64,000 nt of DNA from Minisyncoccia bacterium (GCA_041485465.1 JBGPJO010000001.1:102190-166189); one strand, 5' to 3'; counted from the first letter of the stretch, positions 29,479 through 38,725 are shown. Translations and numbers: made by a program. The notes: generated by a model not told the origin, from the letters alone.

Positions 29479-30010
29479 CGGTCGCGGCCGGCGGCCGGAT
29501 ATTCTGTCCGGCCACGCATTTCGATAGGCTTCCTTGGGAAGCCTCGGGTCCCGCTGGCTTGCTCCCGTAAGCCGGCGGGACTTCCCTCGCTGTTTTTATT
29601 GTTCTGTCAGTTACAACCTTGCTCAAAAAGCGGGGTTTTTTATTTTATCCACATTCACTATTCCACTATTTTTGTATAATTAAACAGTTCTTGATCACCA
29701 ACTTGAGGAAGTGCCCGTGAAGAAGCGCGATCCACCGTTCTCTTTCCTCAATAACAGGAATCTCTCACCCACCGAGAGGAGGTGATCTGCAATCTAGCGC
29801 AGAGCTTCTTGATTCTGCGCTCAAGCCCCGCCGCACTATGCGCGGCGGGGCTTTTTACTTTTCTCTGTACAAAACATAACAAATAAGTATACTGGGAACC
29901 TGCCTCTTCGAGGCATTTATTAATAACGGCCGGCGCAAATTCGCGTTAAGGCATGAAGTAGCCCCTGCTCACACCTACTATGATCAATCGGCAGGAACTT
30001 CAAAGAAATC

Positions 30011-31165
30011 ATGGAAGAAGAAATAAAAAATAGTACTATTCTAACTACTGAGATTCTCACCCAAGACCAAAAAGAAGAGGGAGACGAAGAAAAGAAAAAT
30101 AAGAAAGAGGGCCCGATGACGGCGCTTCTTCACGAAACCAAAAACCCGCCTATCGTCGGGGACCTGGTCGAGGGAGCAGTTATTGCGATTGACAAATCAT
30201 CAATCTTCGTCGACCTGCCACCCTTTGGTACCGGCATTATCTATGGCAGGGAGTATTTAAATGCTCGCGACATTCTCCGCCGCGTCAATATCGGCGATAA
30301 TATCGCCGCCAAAGTCGTCGAAACAGAAAACAACGACGGCTATATCGAGCTTTCCCTTAAAGAAGCGAGGCAAGCACTCATTTGGAGCGAGGCTGAAGAC
30401 ATTATCCGTGAAAAAAGAATCCTTGAACTGCCCGTTAAAGACGCGAACAAAGGCGGTCTCATTCTCGAATGGCAAGGCATTCAGGGTTTCCTCCCCGCCT
30501 CCCAACTCAAAAGCGAACACTATCCACGGGTTGACGACGGCGATAAAGACAAGATCTATGAAGAACTGAAAAAGCTTGTCGGTACGATGCTTCCGGTCAC
30601 GATTATCGGCGCAACCCCGAAAGAAGGAAAGCTTATTTTCTCTGAAAAAAGTCCTAACCAAAAAGAGAAGCGTGAAATCATCGAGAAATACGGAATTGGT
30701 GAAGTGCTCGAAGGCGTTGTCACCGGCATTGTCGATTTCGGCGTGTTTGTCAAAGTCGAAGAGGGGCTCGAAGGGCTCGTCCATATTTCAGAGATCGACT
30801 GGGGGCTTGTCGATGACCCGCGGAATTTCTTCAAGGTGGGAGATATAGTGAAAGTCAAAGTCATCGAGATCAAAGACGGAAAGATAAGTTTGTCCGTGAA
30901 AGCGCTTAAAGAAAATCCCTGGATGGACGCGGAAAAGAAATACAAGAAAGACGACGAAGTTGAGGGTGTTGTCATCAAATTCAACAAACATGGCGCGCTT
31001 GCATCGATTGAAGAAGGGGTCGCGGGGCTCGTTCATGTTTCGGAGTTCGGCTCGGAAGAAAAATTGCGCGAAACACTCGAGCTCGGCAAATCCTACAAAT
31101 TTAAAATCACCCTCTTTGAGCCGATAGAACAAAAAATGGCCCTTTCGTTTGTCGAAGGGAAATAA
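30011..31165 (+). CDS. rpsA: 30S ribosomal protein S1 (four S1 domains); alternative start at Met 30116
   Basis: Repeated S1 domains (GDLVEGAVIAID.., GEVLEGVVTGIVDFGVFVKV.., DEVEGVVIKF..). Confidence 0.85.
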   Translation: MEEEIKNSTILTTEILTQDQKEEGDEEKKNKKEGPMTALLHETKNPPIVGDLVEGAVIAIDKSSIFVDLPPFGTGIIYGREYLNARDILRRVNIGDNIAAKVVETENNDGYIELSLKEARQALIWSEAEDIIREKRILELPVKDANKGGLILEWQGIQGFLPASQLKSEHYPRVDDGDKDKIYEELKKLVGTMLPVTIIGATPKEGKLIFSEKSPNQKEKREIIEKYGIGEVLEGVVTGIVDFGVFVKVEEGLEGLVHISEIDWGLVDDPRNFFKVGDIVKVKVIEIKDGKISLSVKALKENPWMDAEKKYKKDDEVEGVVIKFNKHGALASIEEGVAGLVHVSEFGSEEKLRETLELGKSYKFKITLFEPIEQKMALSFVEGK

Positions 31166-31295
31166 AGACCCCTCGATTTTTTATTCAAGTGAGGATAAAG
31201 CTTTTTGAAAGCCTCGCGGAAGCCGATGAGGCCGAGCAGAGCAGAAAATCCAGCAGGATTTTACGCGTGCTTTTCAAAAGCACTAACGAGCAATT

Positions 31296-31886
31296 TTAAT
31301 TGAACTCCCCCATCGCCTTTGAGCGGCCTTCAGTTGCAATCAGTGCGATTGCCTCTAAAATCTTTTTTCCTTCTTTTTTAAGGATATCGAGTTCGGCAGG
31401 TTTAAACTTCCCAAGAATAAAATCAACTACGGCTTTTTCGCCTGAAGGTTTTTTTAATTTTCCGGAAGGGGTGGCAGGAGAAATACCAACGCGAATCCGC
31501 GTAAAGTCCTTAGTTTTCAGATTTTTTATTATCGATTCAAGGCCGCGATGTCCTCCGGAGTTTCTGCCAAAAGAAATCTTGAATCTACCGAGGGGTAAAT
31601 CAAGGTCATCATAGAGAACAACAAGCCTCTCTAAGTCTTTTTTTGATTTTGAGTACGATCTCACTGCTTCTCCCGACTTGTTCATCATTGTTTCAGGCAA
31701 AACCGCGATGATTTTTTCTTTACGGACCGTAGCATTGGTCTCAAGTGATTTCGTTTTTTTGTTTTTCTCCCATTCGGGAAATTTATTTTCACTCGTAAAA
31801 CGCGAAACCATCATTCTCCCGACATTGTGACGTGTTCCCTCGTATTCCTCTCCCGTATTTCCAAGTCCGACAATAACATGCGCCAT
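31296..31886 (-). CDS. pth: Peptidyl-tRNA hydrolase
   Basis: IVGLGNTGEEYEGTRHNVGRMMV. Confidence 0.9.
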   Translation of the reverse strand: MAHVIVGLGNTGEEYEGTRHNVGRMMVSRFTSENKFPEWEKNKKTKSLETNATVRKEKIIAVLPETMMNKSGEAVRSYSKSKKDLERLVVLYDDLDLPLGRFKISFGRNSGGHRGLESIIKNLKTKDFTRIRVGISPATPSGKLKKPSGEKAVVDFILGKFKPAELDILKKEGKKILEAIALIATEGRSKAMGEFN

Positions 31887-31984
31887 ATAAAATGCATTGT
31901 ACTAAGTGAAACGACAAAAGAAAACCGGTCTGACATTTAAAATTCCTTGTGTCAAACGAAGCGCGATAGTACAATAACGCCATC

Positions 31985-32533
31985 ATGGAGACGCGTACTG
32001 ATTCTTTTTTCTCCGAAATGATCCGTTTCGGATTAATTACGCTCGCCATCGTCCTCCCAGTGCGGTTTTTTATCGCGGAACCGTTCATCGTGAGCGGCGC
32101 GTCGATGGAACCGACATTTCAAACCGGCGATTACCTGATCGTTGATGAGCTTTCGTATCGCCTTGAAGCTCCAAAGCGCGGGGAAGTGATTATTTTCCGC
32201 TACCCGGGCGACCCGAGTAAATATTTCATCAAGCGAATCGTCGGGCTCCCGGGTGACACAGTCCTGATTGAGGGTGGTTCTATCACCATTAAGAATAAAG
32301 AAAATCCGACGGGTTTCATTTTTGATCAGTCCTATATTCAAAATCTCTCAAGTGACACTAAAACCTACACGGTCGGAGCTAATCAATACTTCGTCATGGG
32401 AGATAATCGCACCGCAAGCTCGGACTCGCGTTCGTGGGGAAACCTTCCCGAGAACCTGATCATTGGGCGTGCTTTTGTCAGGCTCTTTCCGCCACAGGAA
32501 ATCACTGTTCTTCCCGGAGACCATAGCAAGTAG
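31985..32533 (+). CDS. lepB: Signal peptidase I
   Basis: SGASMEPTF (catalytic Ser box), ..FIKRIVGLPGDTV.., GDNRTASSDSRSWG. Confidence 0.85.
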   Translation: METRTDSFFSEMIRFGLITLAIVLPVRFFIAEPFIVSGASMEPTFQTGDYLIVDELSYRLEAPKRGEVIIFRYPGDPSKYFIKRIVGLPGDTVLIEGGSITIKNKENPTGFIFDQSYIQNLSSDTKTYTVGANQYFVMGDNRTASSDSRSWGNLPENLIIGRAFVRLFPPQEITVLPGDHSK

Positions 32534-32538
32534 GTTCT

Positions 32539-33756
32539 ATGCCCAAAGGAAAATTGAAAAAAACAGAGGGAATCTTCGAAAGAGCGCGAAGCGTTGCGGA
32601 ACATTACGGATTTTTACCGCTTAAAAAAATCCTCGATCTTGCGGGGGCACACCGCGGCGGCAAGAAAATTATTTTACACCCGCCGAAAGATGATATCCCC
32701 GGACAAGCCGATCGTCTGTCTTTAATGCACGCGTACCTTGACTATTCCTTCGTGGCGCTTCCCCAACCCCTGATGCTCTACCATTCGGAGCCGCTTCTTC
32801 GCTCCATGGAGCGAAATCAATACGGCGGCAAGAGTGCGGTCCAGTTTTCTCTTGAAATTATGGGTAACAGCAAGAGTGTCGCCGAGGCGATGCTCTTCAA
32901 GACAGCTTTCGCGATCCTTCGCGACGCCGGTTTTGAAAACTTTTCGGTTTCAATCAACAGCCTCGGCGATCGGGATTCAATCAACCACTTTGTCCGCGAA
33001 TTTACGGCATATTACAAAAAACACATGGAGGAAGTGCCGGCTCATTGCCGCGCACTCCTGAAAAAAGACGTCTTTAAGGTGCTCGAATGTTCCCAGGAAA
33101 AATGCATGTTGGTCAAAGAACATGCCCCGAAACCAATCGCCGCACTCTCGGAAGACAGCCGCGCTCACTTTACCGAGGTTCTTGAATTTTTGGAAAGCAT
33201 GGCTGTGCCCTATACGATCAATAACTGTCTCGTCGGGGGCAAGGATTACTACACAAGAACTATTTTTGAGATTCGAACGAGTGAGCCGACAAGTCACCTC
33301 CACCCGAAAATCACCGTTAATCCGGTACTTGCCCGCGGCGGGCGCTTCGATGATCTTGGAAAAAGACTTGGCGGCAAAAAAGAAATTCCCGCGGTCGGAA
33401 TGAGCATTTCGATGGGGGGACTCGGTATTATTGAGCCGAAAAAGAAGTCCAGTCAAAAAATAAATAAAAAAACGCTCGTCTATCTGATTCACCTTGGGAT
33501 GAGCGCTAAACAACAGAGTCTCTCGGCAATTGAAATTCTGCGGAAGGCTGACATTTCTGTCCATCAGTCTCTCTCAAGAGACCGTATCTCGAGTCAGGTC
33601 GCCGCGGCGGAGAAAATGAATGTTCCCTATACCATCATCATCGGACAAAAGGAGGCGATTGAAGGCACGGTGATCATCAGAAACATGAGCAACCGATCAC
33701 AAAAAACCGTCCCCTTACTCGAACTCCCCTTCTATCTTAAGAGAACGCGTGTCTAG
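32539..33756 (+). CDS. Histidyl-tRNA synthetase-like class II aaRS with a divergent N-terminal region
   Basis: GKDYYTRTIFEI (HisRS motif 2 region), ARGGRFDDLGKRLGG..PAVGMS (motif 3, GGRYD-like), and a C-terminal anticodon-binding domain (LVYLIHLG..VPYTIIIGQKEAIEGTVIIRNM). The N-terminal motif-1/RGTRD region is not recognisable. Confidence 0.55.
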   Translation: MPKGKLKKTEGIFERARSVAEHYGFLPLKKILDLAGAHRGGKKIILHPPKDDIPGQADRLSLMHAYLDYSFVALPQPLMLYHSEPLLRSMERNQYGGKSAVQFSLEIMGNSKSVAEAMLFKTAFAILRDAGFENFSVSINSLGDRDSINHFVREFTAYYKKHMEEVPAHCRALLKKDVFKVLECSQEKCMLVKEHAPKPIAALSEDSRAHFTEVLEFLESMAVPYTINNCLVGGKDYYTRTIFEIRTSEPTSHLHPKITVNPVLARGGRFDDLGKRLGGKKEIPAVGMSISMGGLGIIEPKKKSSQKINKKTLVYLIHLGMSAKQQSLSAIEILRKADISVHQSLSRDRISSQVAAAEKMNVPYTIIIGQKEAIEGTVIIRNMSNRSQKTVPLLELPFYLKRTRV

Positions 33757-33796
33757 CGATTGCGGATCAAAAAGCGCCGTGGTATAGTGTCGCCTC

Positions 33797-34039
33797 ATGA
33801 TAAATGTTGAGGTTGTAAAAAACGCGAACGAAACGACGACAAGCCTTATTCGCCGTTTTTCAAAGCGCGTTCAGGGGTCGGGCATTTTGCCAAGAATGAG
33901 GAGTCTCAGGTACGCCAAGCGTCCGGCAACAAAATTCGTCCGAAAGAAAATAGCCCTAAAGCGGATCTCCCGCCAAGGAGCTCGCCTTGTTTTAGAGAAA
34001 CTCGGCAAAGCGTTGCCTGAAAAAAGAAGGCGTCGGTAA
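33797..34039 (+). CDS. rpsU: 30S ribosomal protein S21
   Basis: VEVVKNANE..LIRRFSKRVQGSGILPRMRSLRYAKRPATKFVRKK aligns with the S21 consensus (V.VR.NE..ALRRFKR...GTL.E.R.R.FYEKP..KRK). Confidence 0.75.
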   Translation: MINVEVVKNANETTTSLIRRFSKRVQGSGILPRMRSLRYAKRPATKFVRKKIALKRISRQGARLVLEKLGKALPEKRRRR

Positions 34040-34435
34040 ATGATCAGGAAATATTCAGAGAATCTCGTCATTACAAACGAAACCAAAGGCAAGCTTCCCC
34101 GCTTGCCTTTTAAGCGCTTGAAGAAGAAAATTTTAGGCGAATTGTATGTGCTCCGTATTGTCTTTATCGGGGATAGACGTTCACGCGCCTTGAATCAGAC
34201 CTACCGGAGACGCAATAAACCGACAAATATTCTCTCCTTCCCAATCAATAAAAAAGAGGGAGAACTGTATATAGACTTAAAACAAGTGAAACGGGAGACA
34301 AAACTCTTCGGGCGTAGTCTTCAAAACCTCACCGGCTTTCTCGTTATCCACGGTATGTTTCATTTGAAAGGCCTCGCCCACGGTAGTAAAATGGAGAGCA
34401 AAGAGAAGGCTGTGCGCGCCCTTTTTCATATCTAA
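34040..34435 (+). CDS. ybeY: rRNA maturation endoribonuclease YbeY
   Basis: HGMFHLKGLAHG (H..H.....H zinc motif). Confidence 0.8.
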   Translation: MIRKYSENLVITNETKGKLPRLPFKRLKKKILGELYVLRIVFIGDRRSRALNQTYRRRNKPTNILSFPINKKEGELYIDLKQVKRETKLFGRSLQNLTGFLVIHGMFHLKGLAHGSKMESKEKAVRALFHI

Positions 34436-34472
34436 GATTTTAGGGGTTTGCGCTCTCCATTTCCTTTTTATT

Positions 34473-35666
34473 ATGGCTCGAAACATCGCCGTCGGTATCG
34501 ATGTCGGAACCTACCAAATAAAGGTAGTGGTGGCTGAGTGGCTGCCGGAAAAAGACCGCGAATTTCCGAGAATCATCAGTACCGGCTATGCCGAGTCAAA
34601 GGGATTGAGGCACGGCTACATCATAAACGGAGCTGACGTCACGGGAAGCATTCGAAGCGCACTGCAACAGGCGGAGAAAAGTTCAGGCATCAAGATCAAG
34701 CGAGCTTTTCTCTCACTCGGGGGTTTGGGGCTTGAGGCGGTTATCGGCAACGGAAGCGTTCTTGTTTCAAGGGGCGATAGCGAGGTAACCGCGCTTGATA
34801 CCGAAAAAATCACTGATTCGGCGCGCTCTTCGCTTCCCCCGTCCTCAAAACTCAATCGGAAAATCATTCATACTATTCCGCTTTCCTATAAAATCGACGG
34901 AAAGGAAGTACTCGGAAACCATCCCGAAGGCCTGAAAGGCCTCAAGCTTGAAGGCAAGGTCCTTTTTGTAACGACTCTTGAGCAGCATTTTGAGACTTTG
35001 GTTGAGGCGGTTGAAAATGCCGGAGTTCAAGTCGAGGATGCGATGGCGGCACCCTTGGCGGCAAGTCTCGTCTCTCTCACTAAAACGCAAAAAATGGCCG
35101 GGTGCGTCCTAACCAATATCGGCGCCGAAACGGTTTCGATTATTGTTTTTGAAAATGGCTTGCCCTCTTCGCTTGAAATTTTTCCGATTGGTTCAAGCGA
35201 TATCACAAACGACATCGCCCTTGGCCTTCGCATCTCGCTTGAGGAAGCGGAGCGTATAAAGCTCGGCGCCGTCACCGGTACAAACTATTCAAAGAAAAAA
35301 TACGATGAAATCATTTCCGCCCGCCTCTCCGATATCTTCGATCTGATAGAAGCGCACTTAAAAAAAATCGGGAGAAGCGGTCTTTTGCCTGCAGGTATTA
35401 TCATTACCGGCGGCGGCTCCGGCCTCTCGAGCGTTGAGGACCTCGCACGCGCGTACTTGAAGCTCCCGTCAAAAGTTTCACTCGTCAGTATTCCCCATCC
35501 TGTCCGGAGTCAGATTAAAGATGCTTCCTGGTCAGTTGCCTATGGCCTTTGTATCTGGGGATTTTCAGGGGATGACTCTTCCGGATCGGCATACGGCGAA
35601 ATCGGTACTATTTCAAAGAAGCTTTTTAAAGCTATAGGAAAGGTCTTTCGGCCGCTTCTCCCTTAG
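34473..35666 (+). CDS. ftsA: Cell division protein FtsA
   Basis: IAVGIDVGTYQIKVVVAE (actin-fold phosphate-1); ftsA-ftsZ adjacency. Confidence 0.85.
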   Translation: MARNIAVGIDVGTYQIKVVVAEWLPEKDREFPRIISTGYAESKGLRHGYIINGADVTGSIRSALQQAEKSSGIKIKRAFLSLGGLGLEAVIGNGSVLVSRGDSEVTALDTEKITDSARSSLPPSSKLNRKIIHTIPLSYKIDGKEVLGNHPEGLKGLKLEGKVLFVTTLEQHFETLVEAVENAGVQVEDAMAAPLAASLVSLTKTQKMAGCVLTNIGAETVSIIVFENGLPSSLEIFPIGSSDITNDIALGLRISLEEAERIKLGAVTGTNYSKKKYDEIISARLSDIFDLIEAHLKKIGRSGLLPAGIIITGGGSGLSSVEDLARAYLKLPSKVSLVSIPHPVRSQIKDASWSVAYGLCIWGFSGDDSSGSAYGEIGTISKKLFKAIGKVFRPLLP

Positions 35667-35726
35667 CAAACGAATTCTCATTGAGACACAAGACGCTGAA
35701 ATGTAAAGGTGCATTTTTAGTTTTGT

Positions 35727-36938
35727 TTGTTATCATTCGGAAAAAGGTTTTCGAAATCCGTCCCCAAATTAAAGAACATTATGGCCACCAAAATCATTCC
35801 GGAGGTTGAAACGTTTGCGCGCATAAAAGTCGTCGGTATCGGCGGCTCGGGTGGAAACGCCATCAACCACATGATCAACTCCCATGTTAAAGGGGTTGAT
35901 TTCGTTTCTATAAATACCGATGCCCAGGATCTTCACCATTCGGAAGCAAAACAAAAAGTTCACATCGGCAAGAACCTCACGCGCGGACTTGGCACCGGCA
36001 TGAACATGGATCTCGGCAAGCGTGCCGCGGAAGAAACCAAAGAGGAAATTCAGGAGAGTTTGAAAGGCGCCGATATGGTCTTCATCGCCTGCGGCATGGG
36101 CGGCGGCACGGGGACGGGCGCGGCGCCGGTTGTCGCGCGCACCACCAAAGAATTGGGCGCGCTCACCGTTGCCGTTGTCACCAAGCCATTTTCATTTGAA
36201 GGTTCCCAGCGCAGCAGGCTCGCCGAGCAGGGCTTAGACGAGCTCCGCAAGGAAGTTGATGCCCTTATTGTCATTCCAAATGATCGCCTTTTGACCATCG
36301 TTGATAAACAAACGACAGCACGCTCCGCTTTTGCCATGTGTGACGACATTCTCCGTCAGGCTGTCGAAGGTATCTCAGAAATCATTGTCACCCCGGGAAT
36401 CATTAATGTTGATTTTGCGGATGTGAGAGCGATCATGGAAAACGCGGGATCTGCTTTAATGGGCGTTGGGTCCGCTTCGGGCGAAAAGCGCGCCGAGGAA
36501 GCGGCGAAAGCCGCCATCAACTCTCCCCTTCTTGATATTTCAATCCACGGCGCCAAAGGTGTTCTCTTTGCCGTTGCGGGAGGAGACGACCTTACCATGC
36601 TTGAAATCCAGGAAGCAGCAAAAATCATCACCGAATCGATCGACCCGAACGCAAAAGTTATTTTTGGAGCAATTAAAGACGAGAAACTCAAGAAAAACGA
36701 AATTAAAGTGACGGTGATTGCAACCGGCTTTCCGGAATCACCATCTTCAAAAGGCGAACCCCTTTTCCAGCTTCGAAAACGAGAAGAAAAAGACGAGAAG
36801 AAAAAGGAAGCTCCAATTATGAAAACCCCCTCCCCGGTCATGACGGAAGCAAAACCCGAATCAAAACCCCTCCCTGAAGAAGAAGACAGTGATTGGGGCG
36901 CCGTACCAGCATTTCTCAGACGCTCAAAAATAAAATAG
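35727..36938 (+). CDS. ftsZ: Cell division protein FtsZ (likely start at Met 35781)
   Basis: IKVVGIGGSGGNAINHMI and the GGGTGTGAAPVVA tubulin signature. Confidence 0.95.
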   Translation: MLSFGKRFSKSVPKLKNIMATKIIPEVETFARIKVVGIGGSGGNAINHMINSHVKGVDFVSINTDAQDLHHSEAKQKVHIGKNLTRGLGTGMNMDLGKRAAEETKEEIQESLKGADMVFIACGMGGGTGTGAAPVVARTTKELGALTVAVVTKPFSFEGSQRSRLAEQGLDELRKEVDALIVIPNDRLLTIVDKQTTARSAFAMCDDILRQAVEGISEIIVTPGIINVDFADVRAIMENAGSALMGVGSASGEKRAEEAAKAAINSPLLDISIHGAKGVLFAVAGGDDLTMLEIQEAAKIITESIDPNAKVIFGAIKDEKLKKNEIKVTVIATGFPESPSSKGEPLFQLRKREEKDEKKKEAPIMKTPSPVMTEAKPESKPLPEEEDSDWGAVPAFLRRSKIK

Positions 36939-36942
36939 ATAA

Positions 36943-36966
36943 AACCGCCTTAGGGCGGTTTTTTAA
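36943..36966 (+). terminator. Rho-independent terminator after ftsZ
   Basis: aaccgcc ttag ggcggtt followed by a T-run. Confidence 0.6.
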
Positions 36967-36979
36967 ACGCTTGTATAAA

Positions 36980-37077
36980 GTAGAAATGTCTTTTGAAATG
37001 CCTTGCGCAGCGCGACGGCGCAAGCAGAGCAAATTTCTAGCAAGAAATTATGTGTGCATTTCAAAAGACATTTCTAC
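36980..37077. promoter_or_regulatory. Nested palindromic element upstream of trxB: a perfect 22-bp inverted repeat enclosing two inner hairpins
   Basis: gtagaaatgtcttttgaaatgc at 36980-37001 is the exact reverse complement of 37056-37077. Inside it, cttgcgc..gcgcaag and aatttct..agaaatt also pair. Confidence 0.5.
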
Positions 37078-37086
37078 GAAATCTAA

Positions 37087-38034
37087 GTGTTGATGTATAA
37101 TGGCAAAACTATGTATGACCTCATCATCATCGGCGGAGGACCGGCGGGTGTATCAGCGGCAGTCTATGCCGCGCGGAAACGCTTAAAAACGGCGTTCATA
37201 TCGGAATCATTCGGCGGACAAAGTGTTGAGTCCGTCGGCGTTCAAAATTGGATCGGCACTGTTTCGATTTCCGGACCAGAGTTCGCAAAAGCTTTTGAAA
37301 CGCACTTAAAAGCGTACGCCGCTGACAGTGTCGACATAAAAGTGCCTGGACGCGCTACCCTTATAGAAAAAACTAACACCGGGTTCAAGGTTGAGACCGA
37401 CAAAAAAGAAACCTTCGAATCAAAAACGCTTTTCCTTGCAATCGGAAGTACGAGAAGGAAACTGACTGTACCAGGCGCGGAAAAACTCGAACATAAAGGG
37501 ATCACCTACTGCGCTTCCTGCGATGGCCCGCTTTTTTCTGACATGGATACCCTCGTCATTGGCGGCGGTAATGCCGCGTTTGAGACGGCGGCGCAACTTT
37601 TGGCATATACGAAAAGTGTGACACTTTTGAATCGCAGTGACGTATTTCGAGCCGATCCCTCGACCGTCGAGAAGGTACTCCGGAATCCAAAGGTGAAAGC
37701 CATTAAAAATGCTGATCTTATAAGTATCGAGGGGGACAATTTTGTCACGGGCATCACTTATAAAGACAAGAAATCGGGGGAAACAAAAAATCTTTCTGTT
37801 CAGGGAGTATTTGTCGAAATAGGACTCATTCCATCAACCACCATTGTAAAAGAGTTGGTCGCAATGAATGAAATAGGTCAGATTAAAGTTGATCCGAGAA
37901 CTCAAGCGACTTCAACCTTAGGCATCTGGGCAGCGGGCGATTGTACCGATGGTTTATACCACCAGAACAACATTGCGTCCGGAGACGCGGTAAAAGCGCT
38001 TGAGGATATCTATCTTCACTTGCACACAAAATAG
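37087..38034 (+). CDS. trxB: Thioredoxin reductase (likely start at Met 37111)
   Basis: YDLIIIGGGPAG (FAD), CASCDG redox-active disulfide, VIGGGNAAFE (NADPH). Confidence 0.9.
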   Translation: MLMYNGKTMYDLIIIGGGPAGVSAAVYAARKRLKTAFISESFGGQSVESVGVQNWIGTVSISGPEFAKAFETHLKAYAADSVDIKVPGRATLIEKTNTGFKVETDKKETFESKTLFLAIGSTRRKLTVPGAEKLEHKGITYCASCDGPLFSDMDTLVIGGGNAAFETAAQLLAYTKSVTLLNRSDVFRADPSTVEKVLRNPKVKAIKNADLISIEGDNFVTGITYKDKKSGETKNLSVQGVFVEIGLIPSTTIVKELVAMNEIGQIKVDPRTQATSTLGIWAAGDCTDGLYHQNNIASGDAVKALEDIYLHLHTK

Positions 38035-38040
38035 TCTTTG

Positions 38041-38113
38041 TGCGCGGTAAGGGACTCGAACCCCTGGCCCTTCCCACGTCAAGGGAATGCTCTACCAACT
38101 GAGCTAACCGCGC
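38041..38113 (-). tRNA. tRNA-Val(GAC)
   Basis: Reverse complement gives gcgcggttagctcagttggtagagc...uuGACgu...ggttcgagtccc...accgcgca. Confidence 0.85.
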
Positions 38114-38162
38114 GTGTTTGAAATTGGAATATAGCAAACCTAGAGTCCTTTTTCCAGCGCTA

Positions 38163-38657
38163 CTATAGCTGAATTGTATCCCCGATTTTAATTCCCTTTT
38201 CTTTCGCAAAACCAGCATCAACCTCAACTACGTAGCGCGCCTTATTTTTCGGCTCAAATATTTTTGGATATGTGTCGGGGCTAAGATTTTCAGAAATGTC
38301 GACAACTTTTAAATCGTCTCCTACCCAAATAATATCAATGCTAAATTTCATTTCTTTCATCCAAAACTGGTATCTGTCAGCGTAGTCAAAGACGAAAAGC
38401 ATTCCTTGATCTTGGACGAGTTTTTCACGTCCTGAAAGTCCCTGCTCGCGCATTATAGGAGTATCCTCCACTTCCACCTTAATTATCGTCGTTCCAATTA
38501 TTATAGTTTTCTCAAGAGGAGAACCACCCGGGAAAACGGAGTCTAAATTATTGGCGCTGTCGCTTGTCAGGGTGTCTTGATGAACATCTACAAACAATAA
38601 CCCCGCGACAATCACTGCCGATCCGAAGATTAAAATTTTACCAATGCTTTCTTTCAT
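38163..38657 (-). CDS. DUF192-domain secreted/membrane protein
   Basis: N-terminal TM, then GLSGRE..GMLFVF.....FWMKEM.FS.DIIWV..D..VV.I..........P.....YVVEV.AGF, which matches DUF192 (COG1430). Confidence 0.7.
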   Translation of the reverse strand: MKESIGKILIFGSAVIVAGLLFVDVHQDTLTSDSANNLDSVFPGGSPLEKTIIIGTTIIKVEVEDTPIMREQGLSGREKLVQDQGMLFVFDYADRYQFWMKEMKFSIDIIWVGDDLKVVDISENLSPDTYPKIFEPKNKARYVVEVDAGFAKEKGIKIGDTIQL

Positions 38658-38725
38658 GTCTTGTGCGGTGAGGGTCGGTCTGGAACCAACCCGCTCTCAT
38701 CAGTATAAGGGTATTCCAGAGAGCA
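38658..38725. repeat. Copy A of a ~65-nt conserved structured element, immediately 5' of the DUF192 start
   Basis: tgcggtgagggtcggtctggaaccaacccgCTCTCatcagtataagggtattccaGAGAG, compared with copy B. Confidence 0.6.

Noticed and set aside
29300-29640. tmRNA (ssrA) hypothesis for the GC-rich structured region
   Set aside because: There is no tRNA-like acceptor or T-arm (GGUUCGA..CCA) at either end on either strand, and no Ala-rich tag reading frame ending ..LAA-stop.
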